Positions 39,129 to 44,731 of a DNA stretch of 64,000 bases are shown piece after piece. Position numbers and translations under genes: made by a program. The first letter of the stretch is position 1, and each line of letters begins with the position of its first letter. The notes beneath the pieces are model-generated. The model was not told where the DNA came from and ran no database searches. It saw only the letters and a list, made by a program, of their open reading frames with translations. The stretch is from Gemmatimonadales bacterium (GTDB lineage: Bacteria > Gemmatimonadota > Gemmatimonadetes > Gemmatimonadales > GWC2-71-9), in the NCBI GenBank assembly GCA_050184075.1, contig JBFXAS010000001.1:32013-96012 (forward strand). The letters are read 5' to 3'.

Positions 39129-39146
39129 TGTACCTGATATGGGTAC
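39109..39146. promoter_or_regulatory. Nested palindromic operator overlapping the -10 box
   Basis: Perfect 12-bp palindrome GTACAATTGTAC (39122-39133), flanked symmetrically by GTACCC (39109-39114) and GGGTAC (39141-39146). All share the symmetry centre 39127/39128. Confidence 0.5.
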
Positions 39147-39789
39147 AAAGGTTGGTGATCCCCCCAGGCGGACTCGGCCCCCTGCACCGCCGACCGATCC
39201 GGCCGCGGTGCTTTTCGGGCGCACCCGCCGCGAGGTCCTCGCCCTGCTCTTCGGCCGCCCCGAACAGCGGTACTACCTGCGGGAGATCCTCCGGGCGGTC
39301 GGGTCCGGCACGGGGGCCGTTCAGCGAGAGTTGCAGCAGCTCGTTGCCGCCGGCCTGGTGTCCCGAAACCGCGAGGGCCGCCAAGTGTACTTTTCGGCGA
39401 ATCCGCGCTCGGTGATCTTCGGCGAGCTCAGGGCGATCGTCGAGAAGACGGCCGGGACGGCCGACGTGCTTCGAACCGAGTTGGCGACTGCCCTGGCTGG
39501 GGACAAGATCGTGGTCGCGTTCATCTACGGCTCGGTGGCCCGGGGAGACCAGACCGCGACGAGCGACGTAGATCTCATGGTCGTGGGAGACCTCACCTTG
39601 GCCGAGATCCTCCCGGCCATCAGGGCCGCCGAGTCGAGGTTGGGCCGCGAGGTCAACCCGTCGCTGTTTCCGGTGTCTGAGTACAAGCGAGGTTCCAAGC
39701 GAGGGAGCGCGTTCCTGAAGCGGGTGGTGGCCGGAAGCAAGCTGTTCCTCAAGGGCGACGACCGTGAGCTTGCCCGACTGGCTCGCTAA
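39139..39789 (+). CDS. Winged-helix (ArsR-like) + nucleotidyltransferase protein, MntA-like antitoxin architecture
   Basis: N-terminal wHTH LFGRTRREVLALLFGRPEQRYYLREILRAVGSGTGAVQRELQQLVAAGLVSRNREGRQVYF. NTase motif FIYGSVARGDQTATSDVDLMVVG (GS-x10-DxD). The track start TTG 39118 lies inside the promoter/operator, so ATG 39139 is preferred. Confidence 0.8.
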   Translation: MGTKVGDPPRRTRPPAPPTDPAAVLFGRTRREVLALLFGRPEQRYYLREILRAVGSGTGAVQRELQQLVAAGLVSRNREGRQVYFSANPRSVIFGELRAIVEKTAGTADVLRTELATALAGDKIVVAFIYGSVARGDQTATSDVDLMVVGDLTLAEILPAIRAAESRLGREVNPSLFPVSEYKRGSKRGSAFLKRVVAGSKLFLKGDDRELARLAR

Positions 39790-40456
39790 CGGCTGGCTGG
39801 CCCGGCACGAGCCGACTCCCGCCGAAATCGCGGACCTGCTCGCGGTGGTCGAGCGTGACCTGGCCGACGCCAAGATTCCACGCCTGAGCCCGGACTGGCG
39901 CCTCGGGATCGCATATAACGCGGGGCTGCAGCTGGCGACGCTGGCCCTGGCCGCGGCGGGCTATAGCCCCACGCGGGAACGGGCACACGAACGGGCGATT
40001 CTCTCGCTCAGGCACACGGCTGGCGTAGCGCCCCGGACCGTGGACCTGCTCGACGCGGTGCGACGGAAGCGACTCGGCTGGACCGGGCTCGCGCCGGCCG
40101 ACCTCGACCTGCGAAGCGGGCAGCTCACTCAGCCCGACCTGTTCGTGGTGCCCCTGGCGAGCGGACGCGAGCCGGGCGACTGGACCGAGTGCGGCATCCC
40201 CGTCCTGATCGCCGAGGTGCTCTCGCCCACCACCGCGCGGCACGATCGGATCACCAAGCGGCGGCGCTACCAGCGGTCCGGTGTCGCCACCTACTGGATC
40301 GTCGACCCCGACGCGCGGCTGGTGGAGATCTGGGTCCCGCGAGCCAACCAGCCCACCATCGCCGACGAGCGGCTGGACTGGCGCCCCCAGTCCGCGCTCG
40401 AGCCGCTCCGCATCGAGCTCGCTCCCTACTTCGCGGAGGTCTGGGCGGAGCCGTGA
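39764..40456 (+). CDS. Chimeric ORF: HEPN-like toxin-partner N-terminal half fused to the C-terminal half of a Uma2-family (PD-(D/E)xK) endonuclease
   Basis: GTG start overlaps the NTase gene by 26 nt. aa 1-103 (WLARHEPTPAEIADLLAVVERDLADAKI...LQLATLALAAAGY...LLDAVRRKR) has the position and pattern of the cognate partner of wHTH-NTase genes. From about aa 104, ...QPDLFVVP...PVLIAEVLSPTTARHDRITKRRRYQRSGVATYWIVDPDARLVEIW is a typical Uma2 C-terminal half. Confidence 0.6.
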   Translation: MSLPDWLANGWLARHEPTPAEIADLLAVVERDLADAKIPRLSPDWRLGIAYNAGLQLATLALAAAGYSPTRERAHERAILSLRHTAGVAPRTVDLLDAVRRKRLGWTGLAPADLDLRSGQLTQPDLFVVPLASGREPGDWTECGIPVLIAEVLSPTTARHDRITKRRRYQRSGVATYWIVDPDARLVEIWVPRANQPTIADERLDWRPQSALEPLRIELAPYFAEVWAEP

Positions 40457-40555
40457 GCGGGCGTCATCAGCATCCGTCCAGCCACCTGACCCCCCGGTTG
40501 GCGCGGGCGTGCTCCGTCTGAGCCTATCCGGTACGGCTCGGTCAGCGGCACCAGC

Positions 40556-41719
40556 TCAACGGAGTCGGGTTGTCATCTCTGCGACACCACCGGTGGGCAG
40601 CTCGGGCACCGAAGGCGCCAGTTGAATCGCACCCGGCTGAATCGCGACCTCCCAATGCCGATCCTGATCGAGTCGCAGGAGTCGGTAAACCAGACGCGGC
40701 ACTTGGACCTCGAGGATCTCGGTTGTCCCGCCCTCCCTGGCGCCCACCGCCATTCGGAGCGAATAAGTCGGCCCGTGGTCGAGGCACTCGATCAGGCTGG
40801 TGCCGAGCAGATTCAGCCGGTCGTGCCGAGGCGGCGGCCGATCCTTCCGGACCAACCGGACGTGCTCAGGCCGGATCAGCAGCGTGACCTCGGCCCCGAC
40901 ACCCAGCCTGGCCGAAAGGCTTGGCGGAATCGGAGCGGACAGTCGGTGTCCCGCCCAGGTGACGACCGCCAGACCAGCCTCAACCGATTCGACCCGGCCC
41001 CGGAGCACGTTGCGAAAGCCCAGCAGCTGCGCCGCGCGCGCCGACGCTGGCGTGGAGAACACCGCATCACGACCTCCACTCTGGATCACCCGGCCCCGAT
41101 CGTAGAGAACCAACCGATCCGCCAGCTGGAACGCCTCGGCCAGGTCGTGGGTGACCACCACCGTACTCCCCGCGTATTGGCGGAGGATGGGACCGAGATC
41201 CTCACGGAGCTGGCGGCGGAGCGGAGCATCCAGAGCCGAGAAGGGCTCGTCCAAAAGGAGCAGCGAGGGATCGGGGGCCAGCGCACGAGCCAGGGCAACA
41301 CGTTGCTGTTGCCCCCCGGAGAGCTGCTCCGGCCGCCGACCGGCCACCGCCGCCAGACCCAGCTGCTCCATCAGGTCGCCGGAGCGGCGTCGGCGATCAC
41401 CCGACCGACGACCCCGCAACCCGAACTCGACGTTGGCCCGGACCGAGAGGTGGGGAAAGAGCGCATAACCCTGGAAGACGTAGCCCACGCGCCGGGCGCG
41501 GGGTCGCAGGTCGATTCGCTGGCGATCATCGAACAGCGTCCGACCATCGTGCTCGATGCGCCCGGCATCGGGCCGACTCAACCCTGCCAGGCATTGCAGG
41601 GTGAGACTCTTGCCAGCCCCCGACGGCCCGAACAGGCACACGACTTCACCGTCGCTGCGCCAGTCGACGTCGAGGTCGAAGCCAGACGCGAACGCCTTCC
41701 GGACCGCTACGTGGAGCAT
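40556..41719 (-). CDS. modC: Molybdate ABC transporter ATP-binding protein
   Basis: Walker A GPSGAGKS, signature LSGGQQQRVALARAL, Walker B LLLDEPFSALD and a C-terminal TOBE-like domain. Last gene of the modABC order. Confidence 0.85.
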   Translation of the reverse strand: MLHVAVRKAFASGFDLDVDWRSDGEVVCLFGPSGAGKSLTLQCLAGLSRPDAGRIEHDGRTLFDDRQRIDLRPRARRVGYVFQGYALFPHLSVRANVEFGLRGRRSGDRRRRSGDLMEQLGLAAVAGRRPEQLSGGQQQRVALARALAPDPSLLLLDEPFSALDAPLRRQLREDLGPILRQYAGSTVVVTHDLAEAFQLADRLVLYDRGRVIQSGGRDAVFSTPASARAAQLLGFRNVLRGRVESVEAGLAVVTWAGHRLSAPIPPSLSARLGVGAEVTLLIRPEHVRLVRKDRPPPRHDRLNLLGTSLIECLDHGPTYSLRMAVGAREGGTTEILEVQVPRLVYRLLRLDQDRHWEVAIQPGAIQLAPSVPELPTGGVAEMTTRLR

Positions 41720-41723
41720 CGAC

Positions 41724-42377
41724 TCAGAGCCTCAGACGGGTCAGCCGGCCGACGGCAAGCACCAGCGCCCCGACCAGGCCGAGCACCACCAGCGACAGCT
41801 GATTGGCCGCGGCGAGTCGGCCTGCCTGCACGTGGTCGTAGATCGCGAGCGGAACGGTTTGGGTCAGCTGGGGGATGCTGCCCGCCACCATCAAGGTGAT
41901 GCCGAAGTCGCCCAGCGAACGACAGAAGGCGATGATCGTTCCGGCGAGCACCGATCGCCAGGCCAGCGGCAGGGTGATCGAGGCGAAGACCGACCACTCC
42001 GAGCGGCCCAGCGTCCGCGCCGCCTGCTCCAGCCGCGGATCGACCGCTTCGAGCCCCCCCTGGGCCGCCTTCACGAACAAGCCGAAGGCCCCCACCCACG
42101 CGGCGATCACGGCCGCTCGCCAGGTGAACGCGAGCTCCACCCCGATGGCATCGGCCATCCGGCCGATCGGGCCCGTGCGACCGATCAGCACCAGGAGATA
42201 GTAGCCGAGCACGGTCGGCGGCAGCACGAGCGGCATGACGACCGCCGCCTCGAGCAGCCCGCGGCCCGGGAATCGCCGGCGGGCGAGAGCCCAGGCGACC
42301 GGTAGCCCGGTCACGATGATCAGCGCGGTGGCGACACCCGCCACGCGAAGTGAGAGAACGAGCGGGTGCCAGTCCAC
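41724..42377 (-). CDS. modB: Molybdate ABC transporter permease
   Basis: 217 aa. PLVLPPTVLGYYLLVLIG and the EAA-loop region LEQAARTLGRSEWSVFASITLPLA. Confidence 0.85.
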   Translation of the reverse strand: MDWHPLVLSLRVAGVATALIIVTGLPVAWALARRRFPGRGLLEAAVVMPLVLPPTVLGYYLLVLIGRTGPIGRMADAIGVELAFTWRAAVIAAWVGAFGLFVKAAQGGLEAVDPRLEQAARTLGRSEWSVFASITLPLAWRSVLAGTIIAFCRSLGDFGITLMVAGSIPQLTQTVPLAIYDHVQAGRLAAANQLSLVVLGLVGALVLAVGRLTRLRL

Positions 42378-42379
42378 CG

Positions 42380-43087
42380 TCAGGACGGAACGACGAAGCC
42401 GAACCGCCGCAGCATCCGTTTCCCCTCCGGCCCCACCACGAACCCCAGGAACGACCGAGCCAAGGCGCGGTGTCGAGACGCGGACACGACGGCCGCGAAC
42501 TGGTCGATCGGGCGATGCAGCGCCTCGTCGATCAGGACGTGCTCGATGCCGGGAGCCCCGGCAATCGACAGGGCGATGATCGCCGCGTCCACGGCGTCCG
42601 TCTGGAGGAACTGGAGCGTCTGACGGATGTTCTCGGCGTAGACGAGCTTCTCCCGCAGCGCGGTCCAGAGGCCCTCGTGCTCCAGGGCCTGCCGGGCCGC
42701 GAGCCCGTAGGGCGCATGATCCGGGTTGGCGATCGCGATCTTCCGCACAGCCGGCCGGGCCAGGCCGCCGAGCGTCGCGAGGTCCAGGCCCGACCTGGCC
42801 CGGGTGGCCAACGCGATCCGGCCCCGGGCGTACTGGACGTGGGAGCCGGCTTCCGTGACCCCAGCCTCGCGAAGCTGGTCGATGTGGTCCGCGTTGGCGG
42901 CGAAAAAGACGTCGGCCGGCGCGCCATGCCGGATCTGGAGCGCCAGGTTCCCGGTCGACCCGAAGACCGCTCGGACCTTCGCGCCGGACCGTGACTCGAA
43001 CGCGGGGATGATCTCACCGAACGCGAACACCAGGTCGGAGGCCGCGAATACCGTGATGGTGTCGGTCGCTCGGTCGACGCTCGACAT
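42380..43087 (-). CDS. modA: Molybdate-binding periplasmic protein (start probably upstream, up to 43159)
   Basis: ITVFAASDLVFAFGEIIPAFE...VFGSTGNLALQIRHGAPADVFFAAN is ModA-like. The ATG-started product lacks a signal peptide. The in-frame upstream 24 codons encode LILRICTYPALALSALSGLGGDVG. Confidence 0.8.
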   Translation of the reverse strand: MSSVDRATDTITVFAASDLVFAFGEIIPAFESRSGAKVRAVFGSTGNLALQIRHGAPADVFFAANADHIDQLREAGVTEAGSHVQYARGRIALATRARSGLDLATLGGLARPAVRKIAIANPDHAPYGLAARQALEHEGLWTALREKLVYAENIRQTLQFLQTDAVDAAIIALSIAGAPGIEHVLIDEALHRPIDQFAAVVSASRHRALARSFLGFVVGPEGKRMLRRFGFVVPS

Positions 43088-43290
43088 CCCGACGTCGCCG
43101 CCAAGCCCGCTCAGGGCCGACAGCGCGAGTGCCGGATAGGTGCAGATTCTGAGGATCAGGGCTTCACCCCAACGAGCGATCGGTTCGACGGAGACCGTGC
43201 GTCCGCCACTGCGCCTGGCGGTGGATCATAGGGCGTCAGTCGGGCGGCGCCAGACCGGATCGGCCCGGCGCAGCGCGGGCCATCGCTCGG

Positions 43291-43647
43291 TCAGGGTACC
43301 TCGGGGACGCCGCCCGACCGGGCCCGATAGAAGCGAACCTCGGCCCGTTCCACGGTGGCCAGGCCTTCGCCGATCACCGGATCGATCAGCGCGAGGAACG
43401 CCTCGATCTTCTCGGCGACGTCCACGACCTCGACCACGATCGGGAGGTCCAGCGACAGTCGCTCGATGCGAAAGGTGTGCACCCGGCTGTGGGCGCCGAA
43501 TCCCATGATCCCGCGGAGTACCGTCGCGCCGGCGAGGCCCTGCTCCCGGGCCTTCAGCACCAGCCACTCGTAGAGTGGCTTCCCCTCATGGCGGTCGGCC
43601 TCGCCGAGAAATACCCGCAGCAGCAGCCCGTCCTTTGGCATCGTCAT
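43291..43647 (-). CDS. DUF190 protein (CrcB-associated)
   Basis: 118 aa. LLLRVFLGEADRHEGKPLYEWLVLKAREQGLAGATVLRGIMGFG. Lies directly downstream of crcB, as is usual for DUF190. Confidence 0.8.
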   Translation of the reverse strand: MTMPKDGLLLRVFLGEADRHEGKPLYEWLVLKAREQGLAGATVLRGIMGFGAHSRVHTFRIERLSLDLPIVVEVVDVAEKIEAFLALIDPVIGEGLATVERAEVRFYRARSGGVPEVP

Positions 43648-43652
43648 GGCGC

Positions 43653-44030
43653 TCACCTCCAGATCAACTGGACGGCTTGCCGGCCCGCCCAGGTCGCGGC
43701 CAGGCAGAGAAGCACTGTCCCCGCCACATTGACCACCGCCATGCCGACGGCACCGTCCTCGGCGGCGAGGATGCTCTCGTTGGAAAACGTCGAGAACGTC
43801 GTGAAACCGCCAAGCACCCCGATCACGACGAGCGCCCGGGTCGCCGGGTCCAGAAAGCCGCGGGTCTCGATCAGCTTGCCGACGACGCCAATCACCAGGC
43901 AGCCAAGGACATTGACGACCAGGGTGCCGAGCGGAAAGGCCGACCGCCGAGGCTGCGCCAGCCCCGCCAGCCAATACCGCAGGACCGAGCCGATGAAGCC
44001 ACCAAGGCCGACCATCAGCACCCGTTCCAT
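43653..44030 (-). CDS. crcB: Fluoride ion channel CrcB/Fluc
   Basis: 125 aa with 4 TM segments. GGFIGSVLRY and GGFTTFSTFSNE motifs. Confidence 0.9.
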   Translation of the reverse strand: MERVLMVGLGGFIGSVLRYWLAGLAQPRRSAFPLGTLVVNVLGCLVIGVVGKLIETRGFLDPATRALVVIGVLGGFTTFSTFSNESILAAEDGAVGMAVVNVAGTVLLCLAATWAGRQAVQLIWR

Positions 44031-44282
44031 CGACTCCTCCTGGATTCGCTATCGCGTCGCCGCACGGGAGCCGGGCCCGCCGGTCGGCACGGTGCGGGAC
44101 TCGGATCTTAGCACCCCGGAGCCGATTCTCCAGCCGGATGATCGCGGGGAGAACCGGCAGCACGCACCGCCGGCCAGACCTCCCCAGGGACCGCCAGTTT
44201 CCGCGCTCGCCGCCCTCCCGACGCGAACACTCCTTCGGCGCCGTCCGAGGCGCCCCGGAAACCCGACCCCTCCTCTTGATTC

Positions 44283-44323
44283 CCAGGAGAAAAAGTGGTA
44301 TCTCCTGAATGCCAGGAGAAAAG
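44283..44323. promoter_or_regulatory. Inverted plus direct repeat upstream of padR (candidate PadR operator)
   Basis: CAGGAGA (44284-44290) / TCTCCTG (44301-44307) inverted repeat with a 10-nt spacer. CCAGGAGAAAA occurs twice (44283-44293 and 44312-44322). Low-GC patch. Overlaps a possible TTGATT-N18-TATCTC promoter (44275-44304). Confidence 0.45.
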
Positions 44324-44384
44324 GCGGCCCCTCCGCGGCACCGGAGTGCCGCCGGGTGGACCGCCACCACGGAGCCGGAATCCG

Positions 44385-44717
44385 ATGAGCCGAGCCAAGC
44401 CAGACATGATCAAGGGGACCCTCGATCTCCTCGTCCTCCGGGTCCTCGCCAGCGAGCCGATGCACGGCTGGGGCATCTCGGAGCGGATCCAGGGCATCTC
44501 CGAGGACGCCCTCTCGGTCAACCAGGGCTCGCTCTACATCGCGCTCCATCGGCTGACCCGAGAGGGCTGGATCCGCTCCTTCTGGCGCGACACCGAGAAC
44601 AACCGCCGGGCCCGCTACTACGAGCTGACCCGCGCCGGCCGAGCCCAGCTCGCGGTCGAGACCGAGCGCTGGCAGCGGCTCTCCACCGCCGTGGCGCGGA
44701 TCCTCGAGACCGCCTGA
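44385..44717 (+). CDS. PadR family transcriptional regulator
   Basis: MSRAKPDMIKGTLDLLVLRVLASEPMHGWGISERIQ...VNQGSLYIALHRLTREGWI...RRARYYELTRAG. Standard PadR preceding an ADOP permease. Confidence 0.85.
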   Translation: MSRAKPDMIKGTLDLLVLRVLASEPMHGWGISERIQGISEDALSVNQGSLYIALHRLTREGWIRSFWRDTENNRRARYYELTRAGRAQLAVETERWQRLSTAVARILETA

Positions 44718-44731
44718 ACGGAGCCAGAGAC

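Noticed and set aside
39118-39138. TTG 39118 as the start of the wHTH-NTase gene (track ORF start)
   Set aside because: It lies between the -35 and -10 boxes, inside the operator palindrome. ATG 39139, downstream of the predicted TSS, is more plausible.
37729-39873. 714-aa minus-strand ORF
   Set aside because: It is antisense to the SpdH-like gene and the wHTH-NTase gene. Its composition is low complexity.
43088-43290. Molybdenum-cofactor (Moco) riboswitch upstream of modA
   Set aside because: The context is right and a long-range helix can be drawn. However, I do not see the conserved internal elements I remember for the Moco motif, and part of the region is probably the modA signal-peptide coding sequence. 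It needs cmsearch and is not called.
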